From Candidatus Latescibacterota bacterium (GTDB lineage Bacteria > Latescibacterota > UBA2968 > GCA-2709665), in contig OZ241917.1 in assembly GCA_965203805.1 (NCBI GenBank), positions 2,016,001 to 2,080,000 on the forward strand: a stretch of 64,000 nt of DNA, read 5' to 3'. The notes under the pieces were generated by a model that saw nothing but the letters and a program-made list of their open reading frames with translations, was not told the DNA's origin and did no database searches. Position numbers and translations under genes: made by a program. Below, in pieces: positions 1 through 8,744 of this stretch. Each line of letters begins with the position of its first letter. Within the stretch, counting starts at the first letter, position 1.

Positions 1-46
1 TCCGGCGTAGACCGGGCGTCAGACCTTCCAGGTTCTGAAGGACGAG

Positions 47-75
47 GGAACACTCTCAGTCCGTCATCTGTCTAT
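47..75 (+). promoter_or_regulatory. possible ECF (sigmaE-like) promoter for the Spy/CpxP genes
   Basis: GGAAC at 47-51 and GTCTA at 70-74, upstream of envelope-stress chaperone-like genes. Confidence 0.3.
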
Positions 76-189
76 AGCGTAGAGACCCTCGTAACGGACG
101 GACTGCAGCCGGTCACAGCACGTTCCCGTCACCTGCGGGCAACCGCCCGCTGACACCTGACAGCCGGGGAAACCGAAAGGAGAATCATC

Positions 190-705
190 ATGAAACGCGT
201 CGCCATTCTTGCCGCCGTCGTCATTCCCATCCTTGTCATCGCCTGGGTGTTGCCCACAGATGCACATCGGGGCAAACGGGGCTGGAAAGGCCGAAAGGCG
301 CCGATGGCAGCCCTGGAACTGTCAGCCGAACAGCAGGCCAGGTTGGAAAATCTCAAACTGGCGCGGGCCAAACAGATGGCTCAACTGCGTGCCGACCTGA
401 AGGTGGCCAGACTGGACCTCCGGGCAGCGATGCGGAAAGACGAGCCCGACGCTGCAGCCGTCAAGACGAGTGTTGCAGCCGTAAACAGCGCTCGATCGCT
501 GATTCTGGAGAGCCGCATCAACCACCGGCTCAAGGTCAACAGCGTCCTGACGCCGGAGCAGCGGACCAGGCTTCGTGAAATGCGAAGGGATCGACCCGGG
601 AAGGGATGGGGCAAAATGTGGCGCAAGGGACGCTACCATAAGCGTTTTCGAGGAATGGGAGAAAAACGCCCCGACGGCGCCGACAGCCGCCCGTCTTCTA
701 TCTGA
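190..705 (+). CDS. Spy/CpxP family periplasmic protein
   Basis: Signal peptide; LELSAEQ and VLTPEQR (LTxxQ) motifs; SD AAGGAG upstream. Confidence 0.8.
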   Translation: MKRVAILAAVVIPILVIAWVLPTDAHRGKRGWKGRKAPMAALELSAEQQARLENLKLARAKQMAQLRADLKVARLDLRAAMRKDEPDAAAVKTSVAAVNSARSLILESRINHRLKVNSVLTPEQRTRLREMRRDRPGKGWGKMWRKGRYHKRFRGMGEKRPDGADSRPSSI

Positions 706-736
706 CCGGATCTGCCGGGATAGAAAGGTATTGGAG

Positions 737-1789
737 ATGTTGTTTCGCAGATTTGCCTTCACGTCCGTGGTTTTGTCGTTCACGCTCATCGGCTGCGGAA
801 ACAGAATCCCCGTCGAGTCCCCCACCGGGGACGACTCCAATGAAAGCGCATCCCAGGCCTCAAAGGCGTCAACGGACGAGATCAGCGCCAAACTTGAAAA
901 CGGAAGTTCCGGCAATTCCGGGTTCCGCCACCACGGAGGACGGAGATTATCCATTGACGCGCTTAGGGATTCCCTGGGCCTGAGCGACGAACAGGTTTCA
1001 GCACTCGAGGAGTTGAATGAATCCTACGCCGCGGACGTCAAGGCAGCGATCGAAAGTGCCAAAGCATCCGGCGACCGCACGGGGCTTCGGGCGAAGTTGC
1101 GGGAACTGAGAGAGGAACATGAGGACGATTTCAACGATGTCCTGACGGACGAGCAACAGATCCGTCTCGAGGAGATCAAGGCCAATGCGGCCGCCCGAAG
1201 GAAGGACCGGGGGTGGGAAAATTACATCGCCGCACTCACTGACTCCCTGGGCCTGAGCGACGAACAGGTCGCGGACCTCAATGAATTGCACGAAGACTAT
1301 CAGGCCGACGTCAATGCCGCCAGGGAAAACGCCGGGAAGTCGGGCGACCGTTCAGAGTTCCGCACCCGGCTGAAGGAATTGAGACTGGCATTCGAAGACA
1401 ACTTCAACGACGTCCTGACGGACGAGCAACAGATCCGTCTCGAGGAGATCAAGGCCAATGCGGCCGCCCGAAGGAAGGACCGGGGGTGGGAAAATTACAT
1501 CGCCACGCTCACTGACTCCCTGGGCCTGAGCGACGAACAGGTCGCGGACCTCGATGAATTGCACGAAGACTATCAGGCTGACGTCAAGGCCGCGATCGAC
1601 AGCGCTCAGGAATCGGGTGACCGTTCGGATCTCAGGGAGAAGCTGCAAGAACTGAGAAAGGATTTCGGGGAGGACTTCAACGCCGTCCTTACCGATGAAC
1701 AGAAGGAGAAGCTGGACGAGATGAAATCCGAGGGACGGAAACGTAAGGGCAAGGGACGCCGACACCGCCACAAAGGCAGAAAAGGTTAA
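737..1789 (+). CDS. lipoprotein with three tandem Spy/CpxP-like domains and a basic C-terminal tail
   Basis: Start moved to ATG 737; lipobox LIGC; three LGLSDEQ...VLTDEQ units; tail GRKRKGKGRRHRHKGRKG. Confidence 0.75.
   Translation: MLFRRFAFTSVVLSFTLIGCGNRIPVESPTGDDSNESASQASKASTDEISAKLENGSSGNSGFRHHGGRRLSIDALRDSLGLSDEQVSALEELNESYAADVKAAIESAKASGDRTGLRAKLRELREEHEDDFNDVLTDEQQIRLEEIKANAAARRKDRGWENYIAALTDSLGLSDEQVADLNELHEDYQADVNAARENAGKSGDRSEFRTRLKELRLAFEDNFNDVLTDEQQIRLEEIKANAAARRKDRGWENYIATLTDSLGLSDEQVADLDELHEDYQADVKAAIDSAQESGDRSDLREKLQELRKDFGEDFNAVLTDEQKEKLDEMKSEGRKRKGKGRRHRHKGRKG
1130..1587 (+). repeat. near-identical intragenic direct repeat, period 273 bp (91 aa)
   Basis: 1130-1314 matches 1403-1587 with only a handful of substitutions. 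Confidence 0.9.
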
Positions 1790-1803
1790 AGTTCCGATTC
1801 GCC

Positions 1804-1832
1804 TTGACAACTCGGGTGCGGGTGACTAACTT
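1804..1832 (+). promoter_or_regulatory. sigma70-type promoter of the valS leader
   Basis: TTGACA (1804-1809), 17 bp spacer, TAACTT (1827-1832). Confidence 0.65.
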
Positions 1833-1877
1833 TCTATGAATTCAAACCCTGAGATCTCTATCATTCAGACGAAACCC

Positions 1878-2003
1878 ATGATCACCATCGGCCACAGACC
1901 CCAGAATCTCACGTTGCGGGTCAACGTAAATGTCGGCGTACGCCCGGTAGTAAATGTCAATTCGGGCGATAGTCAGGGGACTCCGTGGCGGTGTTTGAAT
2001 TAG
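1878..2003 (+). CDS. putative Val-rich attenuator leader peptide of valS (41 aa; 55 aa if ATG 1836 is used)
   Basis: MITIGHRPQNLTLRVNVNVGVRPVVNVNSGDSQGTPWRCLN*; 7 Val codons in 13 (1920-1958); followed by a terminator; start codon ambiguous and no clear SD. Confidence 0.75.
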   Translation: MITIGHRPQNLTLRVNVNVGVRPVVNVNSGDSQGTPWRCLN

Positions 2004-2025
2004 CAGCTTGGACAAGAACACCAGC

Positions 2026-2063
2026 AACCCGCCATCGAGTCCACTCGGTGGCGGGTTTTTTTT
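2026..2063 (+). terminator. attenuator terminator upstream of valS
   Basis: AACCCGCCATCGAGT / ACTCGGTGGCGGGTT stem ending in a T8 run. Confidence 0.9.
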
Positions 2064-2085
2064 ATATGAATATCGAGGATTCCTG

Positions 2086-2367
2086 ATGTCGCATCGACCA
2101 CACACATCGCGTTGCCTTTCCAGGCTCCCGGGCTATTCTCCGTACAGCGAACGGTCGGCAGCCACTATTGTCGAAAAACGTTCAGGCGCGATGCTGCGGG
2201 GGATTACGGTCGGCGACCAGTGGGTCGCCGGATTTCAGGTTCCCGGACGGGAAGGAAGCGCTCGATTGTGTGACGGAATTACTACCGAAGTTAGCCTCCG
2301 GGAGGACAGACAGGCCGATATCCTGGCCGCCGCAGATGTACAGCAGGATTGGCCGCGGCAGTTATGA
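2086..2367 (+). other. unassigned 93-aa ORF or decayed gene between the attenuator and valS
   Basis: GAGGA SD 6 nt before ATG 2086; no recognisable family. Confidence 0.25.
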
Positions 2368-2487
2368 TTTGCCGGATGTGGGCCGTTACTTCGAGGTCCT
2401 CGAACTCACCGTCTTCGACGATTGGAGATTCCAGGGTACGGAATTTCCGGATTCGCATAATGGACAATACCTCCCGGGAGAATCAAA

Positions 2488-4932
2488 ATGGCATTATCCA
2501 AACAGTATCGTCCACAGGAAACAGAGCCTCGCCTTCAGGCGCGCTGGCGGCTCGCGAGTATCTACAAATTTGAGAGACAGGCCACGGGCCCTGTGTACGC
2601 AATCGACACCCCGCCTGCGACCGTGTCCGGAAAACTCCACATGGGCCACGTCTATTCCTACAGTCATGCTGATTTCATGGCGCGCTTCTGGAGAATGAAC
2701 GGCCAACGGGTGTTTTATCCTATGGGATATGACGACAACGGTTTACCCACCGAACGGTTGGTGGAAAAACTGTTGGGAATCCGCGCAAACGAAATTGGCC
2801 GCGAGGAATTCATAAATCAATGCTTGCGCGTCAGCTTGGCCACAGAAAGAGAATACGAGAGTCTCTGGATTCGGCTGGGGCTGTCGGTCGACTGGTCGCA
2901 TACCTACCGCACTATCGGTCGCGCCGCCCGGCGAATTGCGCAGAAATCATTCATCGACCTTTTCGAAAAAGGGCTCGCGTATCGTAAGAAAGCGCCTGCG
3001 GTCTGGTGCCCGGAATGCCAGACCGCCATCGCCCAAGCCGAACTGGACGAAGCGGATCGGATGGGCGAATTGGTCACAATAGACTTCCGCCTCGCGGACG
3101 GAAATCCAATACCGATCGCCACAACCCGGCCGGAGCTTCTAGCGGCGTGCGTAGCAATCTTCGTCCATCCCAGTGACGACCGCTACAGTTCGTTTATCGG
3201 CCACGACGTTACCGTACCACTTTATGGACGCGAGGTTTCGATATTGCAGGACAAGGGGGCGGATCCCGAAATGGGTACAGGGGCTGTGATGTGCTGCACC
3301 TTCGGCGACGCCGCTGACGTGGCATGGTGGCATTCTCATCACCTGCCGCTTGTCTCCGTTATCGACGGAAACGGCCGGTTGAACCGTGGATCCGGCGATC
3401 TCAACGGCCTTTCCGTACCAGAAGCCAGGCGACATATCGTAAGGACGCTTGATGATCGCGGTCTGATCCGGGATCGACGGCCCTTTCCACAATCAGTTCG
3501 GATCCACGAACGCTGTGACACGCCAGTGGAATTCATCGTCGCCCCTCAGTGGTTCATTAACATCCTCGACTTCAAGGACCGCTGGCTTAGCGCAGGCGAA
3601 GAAATATCGTGGCATCCCCCGCATTTGAAAACCCGCTACATTGAATGGATCGAAAACCTGCATTGGGACTGGTGCATCTCGCGACAGCGCAACTTTGGCG
3701 TACCGTTTCCGATCTGGTACTGCAAAGCTTGCGGAGACGTCAAAGTTGCCCCCGAACAGAAACTGCCCATAGACCCCCTCCAATCGTCCCCAGATGTGAA
3801 TTGCAATTGCGGCGCCGACGATTGGGTCGCGGAAACAGACGTTATGGATACCTGGGCTACGTCGTCGCTCAGTCCTCAAATCGCCGCTCGGTGGCAATCG
3901 AATAATGAGCTTTATGGTAACGTCTACCCAATGTCCATGCGCCCGCAGTCACATGAGATCATCCGGACGTGGGCCTTCTACACGATTGTCAGATCCCACT
4001 ATCATTGCGGTCGAGTACCTTGGAATGACGTATGCGTATCCGGTTGGGGCCTGGCTCCTGACGGTGCGGGGAAAATCAGCAAGAGCAGAGGCGGTGGACC
4101 GACGGCACCCATGGCCGCAATCAGGAAGTACTCGGCAGACGCAGTTCGATATTGGGCGGCCGGAACGGGTTTTGGAAAAGACACAGTCATTAGCGAAGAA
4201 AGAATCCAGGCCGGCGGCAAACTGATCAACAAGCTCTGGAACGTCGCCCGCTTCAGCGAACGCTTCCTTCAGGGATATCGCGATTCAATTGAACCATCAA
4301 CCCTGACCCCAGCGGACCGCTGGATTCTGGCGCGGGCACAACGCGTAATCAAACAGACAACTTGCTCTTTCCGAAACTACCAGTACGCGCAGGCAAGGCA
4401 TGCAGTCGAAATCTTCTTTTGGCGAGACGTGGCTGACAACTACCTGGAAATGGCCAAACAACGCCTTTATGCAGACGCCGAGGGCGCAGCAAGCGGCGCG
4501 AAATATGCACTATGTCACGTGCTTCGAACCTGCGTTCACCTCTTTGCGCCGTTTCTGCCCCACGTAACCGACGAGATCTACGCCGGGCTATTCGCAAAGC
4601 GTGGAGAATCCATCCACACCTCAACCTGGCCCTCGGTGGATGTGCGACTGGTGGACGATGTCGCGGAGGCGCACGGAAACCGACTGGTTGAGATTGCCAC
4701 TGCCGTTCGCAGATTCAAGAGCGAATCCAACCTCCCGCTCAGTGCGCCCGTGCATCTGTTACAGCTTTCAGTCAAGGATCATGCGCTCTCAATGTCGCTG
4801 AAGGAGGCTGAAGCCGATATGACCAGTATTACACGCGCTGACAAGCTTGACGTCCGGCTGAATCACCCTGTCGACGCCGGCCTTCGAGGCGTGCTCGAGA
4901 GCGATGCTGTATACGCGGCGGTTGACGTCTAA
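2488..4932 (+). CDS. valS: valine--tRNA ligase, archaeal-like (type 2) form
   Basis: IDTPPATVSGKLHMGH (HIGH), ATTRPE, GTGAVMCCTFGD, DWCISRQR, KISKS; lacks the bacterial C-terminal coiled coil. Confidence 0.95.
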   Translation: MALSKQYRPQETEPRLQARWRLASIYKFERQATGPVYAIDTPPATVSGKLHMGHVYSYSHADFMARFWRMNGQRVFYPMGYDDNGLPTERLVEKLLGIRANEIGREEFINQCLRVSLATEREYESLWIRLGLSVDWSHTYRTIGRAARRIAQKSFIDLFEKGLAYRKKAPAVWCPECQTAIAQAELDEADRMGELVTIDFRLADGNPIPIATTRPELLAACVAIFVHPSDDRYSSFIGHDVTVPLYGREVSILQDKGADPEMGTGAVMCCTFGDAADVAWWHSHHLPLVSVIDGNGRLNRGSGDLNGLSVPEARRHIVRTLDDRGLIRDRRPFPQSVRIHERCDTPVEFIVAPQWFINILDFKDRWLSAGEEISWHPPHLKTRYIEWIENLHWDWCISRQRNFGVPFPIWYCKACGDVKVAPEQKLPIDPLQSSPDVNCNCGADDWVAETDVMDTWATSSLSPQIAARWQSNNELYGNVYPMSMRPQSHEIIRTWAFYTIVRSHYHCGRVPWNDVCVSGWGLAPDGAGKISKSRGGGPTAPMAAIRKYSADAVRYWAAGTGFGKDTVISEERIQAGGKLINKLWNVARFSERFLQGYRDSIEPSTLTPADRWILARAQRVIKQTTCSFRNYQYAQARHAVEIFFWRDVADNYLEMAKQRLYADAEGAASGAKYALCHVLRTCVHLFAPFLPHVTDEIYAGLFAKRGESIHTSTWPSVDVRLVDDVAEAHGNRLVEIATAVRRFKSESNLPLSAPVHLLQLSVKDHALSMSLKEAEADMTSITRADKLDVRLNHPVDAGLRGVLESDAVYAAVDV

Positions 4933-5038
4933 CGGGATCCTCAGTCGTCATCTATGGTGTGTGCCGATTTGATCTAAAAACCGTTTAAGTATCAGACCCT
5001 TTGGTGATTTTTACAGAGTGAGCCTGGAGACCTGACCA

Positions 5039-5179
5039 ATGACGACGCGTTGTTCCATCTACCACATCAATACCTCACTGAAGTCACCCGGAACAGCCGT
5101 GTGCCTGGACGTCAATCCCTACAACGATAATAACAACCATAACCCTATCCAACGGCGGGCAGGCCCAAATGGCAGCTAA
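5039..5179 (+). CDS. putative Asn/Asp-rich attenuator leader peptide of aspS (46 aa)
   Basis: SD GGAGA 5026-5030; MTTRCSIYHINTSLKSPGTAVCLDVNPYNDNNNHNPIQRRAGPNGS*; 6 Asn + 2 Asp in 12 codons (5108-5143). Confidence 0.8.
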   Translation: MTTRCSIYHINTSLKSPGTAVCLDVNPYNDNNNHNPIQRRAGPNGS

Positions 5180-5196
5180 ATGTTCACCATGAAGAG

Positions 5197-5232
5197 AACC
5201 CGCCGTGGGTCGCACACCAACGGCGGGTTTTT
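5197..5232 (+). terminator. attenuator terminator upstream of aspS
   Basis: AACCCGCCGT / ACGGCGGGTT stem ending in a T5 run, about 40 nt before the aspS start. Confidence 0.85.
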
Positions 5233-5274
5233 CATGATCGAAAACTCAGACCGTCAAAACAGGAGATTTATCCA

Positions 5275-6594
5275 ATGACCTACGTTTCAATACCCCGGCT
5301 CAGTGATCATGTGGGGCAGATCGTCACACTCTGTGGATGGATACACACCCTTCGAGACCAGAAACAAATGCAATTCATCGTTCTCCGCAATCCCACCGGA
5401 ATGGTCCAGGCCGCCGTTGAGAAACAATCGAATCCCGGCCTGGCAAGAATGGTTTCCACCCTCACACGGGAGTCCGCTGTTCGCCTCACCGGCCGTGTCG
5501 TGCCAAACCCGAACGTCCGCCTTGGCGGCATCGAAATCCACCTGGAGGGGCTCCGCATCGAAAACAGGGCGGAATCGCCTCTGCCGATCGAACCATTTGG
5601 CGAAGTGAGACCTGGATTGGAACGGAGGCTTGACTGGCGGCATCTGGACCTGCGACGCCCAGCGAACCATCTGCTTTTCCAGGTACAGACCACCATCGAA
5701 GCCGCAATGCGAAACTTCTGGCGACGCGAGGGATTCATCGAAATTCATACCCCGAAGATTATGGGCAGCGCAAGTGAATCCGGTGCCGAACTCTTTGAAC
5801 TCCCGTATTTCGACGCCACGGCCTACCTCGCTCAGTCGCCCCAGTTCTACAAGCAGATGGCCATGGCAGCAGGCTTCGAACGAGTCTTTGAAATTGGCCC
5901 CGTTTTCAGGGCGAACCCCTCGTTCACTTCGCGTCACGACACCGAGTTCACCAGCGTAGACGTTGAACTCGCATGGATCGAATCGCACGATGACCTCATG
6001 CACTTTGAAGAACTTTGGCTCTGCCATACTCTGCTCGCCGTGCAGGAATCACACGGCGAAGCAATTTTCAAGCGTTTTGGCACTGAAGTTTGCGTTCCTG
6101 ACCGTCCCTTTCCACGCATCACCATGGAAGACGCTGTCGCACGGCTCGCGGAACTGGGGTACACACCCCCACCACAAAAACAGGGCGACCTTTGCCCACA
6201 GGGAGAGCGCCTGCTTGGCGAATACATCCGGGAAACTTACGGCCACGAGTTCGTTTTCCTGACCGATTATCCTGTTTCCGTCCGCCCTTTTTATCACATG
6301 CGGTACCCTGATAACCCGATCGTCACCAAGAGCTTCGACCTTTTATGGAAAGGCCTGGAACTGACCACAGGCGCGCAACGCGAACACCGACCAGCCGTAC
6401 TGACCGACCAGGCGAAAGAAAAGCGGCTCAAGTTAGAACCCCTACGGTTCTACCTGGACTTTTTCAAATACGGGTGTCCACCACACGGCGGCTTCGGTTT
6501 CGGCCTGACCCGAATGCTCATGATTCTACTTGGATGCAAGAACGTACGGGAAGTCACGTTTGTCTATCGCGGCCCAAAGAGAATCTACCCGTAG
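5275..6594 (+). CDS. aspS: aspartate--tRNA(Asp/Asn) ligase, short archaeal-type, probably non-discriminating
   Basis: OB-fold GWIH..RD, YLAQSPQFYKQM, FRA..S.TSRH.TEF, TTGAQR, YGCPPHGGFGFG; 439 aa, no GAD insertion; SD AGGAG. Confidence 0.9.
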   Translation: MTYVSIPRLSDHVGQIVTLCGWIHTLRDQKQMQFIVLRNPTGMVQAAVEKQSNPGLARMVSTLTRESAVRLTGRVVPNPNVRLGGIEIHLEGLRIENRAESPLPIEPFGEVRPGLERRLDWRHLDLRRPANHLLFQVQTTIEAAMRNFWRREGFIEIHTPKIMGSASESGAELFELPYFDATAYLAQSPQFYKQMAMAAGFERVFEIGPVFRANPSFTSRHDTEFTSVDVELAWIESHDDLMHFEELWLCHTLLAVQESHGEAIFKRFGTEVCVPDRPFPRITMEDAVARLAELGYTPPPQKQGDLCPQGERLLGEYIRETYGHEFVFLTDYPVSVRPFYHMRYPDNPIVTKSFDLLWKGLELTTGAQREHRPAVLTDQAKEKRLKLEPLRFYLDFFKYGCPPHGGFGFGLTRMLMILLGCKNVREVTFVYRGPKRIYP

Positions 6595-6630
6595 GGCGCC
6601 AATTACAGAATCCGCAGGACCGACAAACAA

Positions 6631-6659
6631 GCGCCGGAGCGATGTTCCCGCTCCGGCGC
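6631..6659. other. strong hairpin between convergent genes
   Basis: GCGCCGGAGCG-N7-CGCTCCGGCGC; no clear U-tract. Confidence 0.45.
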
Positions 6660-6841
6660 CTGTCTTCGCGGTCCATGGGCAGTATCTCCCGGTCCTTTCT
6701 TTCGAATCCGGATCAGGAAAGCACCTTTCCAACGTACCGCAGATTGTCGTTTGTTCGCGCTTCAGTTATTGTCTGACGCACGTTTTTCACGTAGGCCCGG
6801 TTGTCGACGATCCGAACCCGTGAGTCGCCCGGCTGCGTGGG

Positions 6842-7816
6842 CTAGCGGGCTTCGAAAAAGAACCGGATTGTATCCCCCTCTCTTAAAATAGCATCGAAGA
6901 ACTCCTGATCCTCCTCGTTCAGTTCTCCCGCCGCCTGAAGCACAATCCGCATGTATTGTTCCCTGGAGAGCGTGAGCGTAAATTTGTCGCCGTCCACTTC
7001 GAAGGACGACTCCATGATGAGACCGTCACTCTCCACGATGGTGAGGGTATTGCCGCTGAGCGTCCAGGTCCCCAAATCGGACCAGGCGCCCGAACTGTCC
7101 TGGTCCTCAAACGTACCGTCAGGATGGAAACGCCGGATCGGCGACAAGACGCTGTCGCGTAGACTGGTCTCCAGATCAGCCGTGAATTCCGAGACAATCA
7201 GTGCGGCGGTGGCGCTATCCACCACGCCTTCCTGCAGGATGGCGGCAATCAGATTCCGGCTTATCGTCTCAACCATATCCGTACCAACGTACGCCCACGA
7301 TCCGACAAATGCCGGTGTTGAAAGCGGGGACGAACCGATCACGCGCGCCTTCCCGCCAACGGGAAGTTCTGCCGCCACCTGGTAACCGCCATTTACCGGA
7401 ATGCTCGACCAGGAGCCCAGAACCGATCCATCCTGGATCACGCGCGCGCTGTAGTAGCCGTTCACGTTGCCGGACACGATTTCGATGCGGGCCTCGCCCT
7501 GAGCATCGGTTGTGCCCGACCAGGCAAAACTTGGCGGGCGGCCCGAAATCGAACGCGATAGCTCCACGGTGACGCCACTCATCGGCGCCCCGTCCTTCAG
7601 CACGGCGGCAACGAGAACGGCCTGACTCTTCGTCCCGCCAACCGCCAGTTTACCCAGCGGCTGTCCTGCGTGCAACTGCCGGGTCGCAGTGTCGCCCCCA
7701 TCAGACAGCGGGTCCGGTTCAGGCGCCATGAAAGTAGTTACGCGATCGCCCCCGCAGCCGGATATCACGGCCGCGGCAATCAACAGACATGACACGCTTC
7801 GAATTGCGCCAGGCAT
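6842..7816 (-). CDS. lipoprotein: N-terminal beta-rich module plus lipocalin-like C-terminal domain
   Basis: SD AGGAGG; lipobox ISGC; FVGSW and GTWTLSGNTLT motifs. Confidence 0.65.
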   Translation of the reverse strand: MPGAIRSVSCLLIAAAVISGCGGDRVTTFMAPEPDPLSDGGDTATRQLHAGQPLGKLAVGGTKSQAVLVAAVLKDGAPMSGVTVELSRSISGRPPSFAWSGTTDAQGEARIEIVSGNVNGYYSARVIQDGSVLGSWSSIPVNGGYQVAAELPVGGKARVIGSSPLSTPAFVGSWAYVGTDMVETISRNLIAAILQEGVVDSATAALIVSEFTADLETSLRDSVLSPIRRFHPDGTFEDQDSSGAWSDLGTWTLSGNTLTIVESDGLIMESSFEVDGDKFTLTLSREQYMRIVLQAAGELNEEDQEFFDAILREGDTIRFFFEAR

Positions 7817-8199
7817 CAAAAGCCTCCTTATTTAAATGTCTCACGAGACAACCGCGGGCATGTCCCGCGGCCATGTATCCTCAGGCTGAAAACCGGTATC
7901 CGTGTATGACCCAACGGAAGCCGGAAACCGCTACGGCGGATGCAGCCATGTTCTAAGACTCGCGAGACGGCGGATTGTTTCTGTCCGGGTCCTGTTTCGG
8001 CGAAAACCGCGGCAAAAGACAGATTCGCCAGGCAATATGCGAGCGTTCAACCCGTGACGGCTATGCGTGGAAATCATGAACAAAACACTTGACATATCGA
8101 GAGAATCCTATTATCTAATCGTTTCGGCACCTTTCCGTCGATAAGTTCCAATTAATGGCAACGGAGTGGTCGGACCACAATAAAAAAGGAGATCGGTCG

Positions 8200-8544
8200 A
8201 TGGAGGTTAACACCGAGCGGGACAATGGCACCTTGATCGCGAAGGCTGAGGGTCGCGTCGATGGGTCCAACGCCCGAGAGTTCGAGGAAGCGCTCGATTC
8301 CGCGATCACCCAGCACGAAGATGGTCAGGCCGTGATCGTGGATTTTGAAGGGCTTTCATATATTAGCAGCGCAGGCCTCAGGGTCATCCTGCTGACCGCC
8401 AGAACGCTTCGAAAACAGGACAAGGAGTTCGTAGTCTGCTCTCTCTCTGACCCAATCAGGGAAGTCTTTGAAATCAGCGGATTCGACAAGATAATACCGG
8501 TTTACGCCTCCCGGTCGGAAGCGCTGGCAGCAGTTGGAGGATAG
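8200..8544 (+). CDS. STAS-domain anti-sigma factor antagonist (RsbV/SpoIIAA-like)
   Basis: GRVD, LSYISSAGLRVIL with phospho-acceptor Ser, EVFEISGF; SD AAGGAG before ATG 8200. Confidence 0.9.
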   Translation: MEVNTERDNGTLIAKAEGRVDGSNAREFEEALDSAITQHEDGQAVIVDFEGLSYISSAGLRVILLTARTLRKQDKEFVVCSLSDPIREVFEISGFDKIIPVYASRSEALAAVGG

Positions 8545-8744
8545 CAACGGGTTGGTCCGGGACTTCTTCACCGAAGCACATGGCGTTCGTTGAGGAAGTA
8601 CCGCGGGTGGAAGTGGCATATAAGCCGTATCGGGTTCACGGGGCGATCAGCGGGTCATGGGCAGAATGGCCGGCGCGACCGGCGGGTTGTCCCCCGGCTG
8701 TCGGCGGTTCCACCTGAATCTCCCGCGAATCGGAAAGGCCGACC

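Noticed and set aside
1130-1587. Repeat as CRISPR or mobile element
   Set aside because: In-frame coding duplication with no spacers or terminal repeats.
1836-1877. ATG 1836 as the definite leader start
   Set aside because: Only 3 nt after the predicted -10, probably upstream of the transcription start; kept only as an alternative.
1840-2063. T-box riboswitch upstream of valS (and of aspS at 4935-5232)
   Set aside because: No T-box consensus (GGTGGNACC) or recognisable stem I motifs; cognate-codon uORFs explain the leaders better.
2365-2460. Selenocysteine read-through of TGA 2365 (frame stays open 30 more codons)
   Set aside because: No convincing SECIS hairpin and no redox-motif context.
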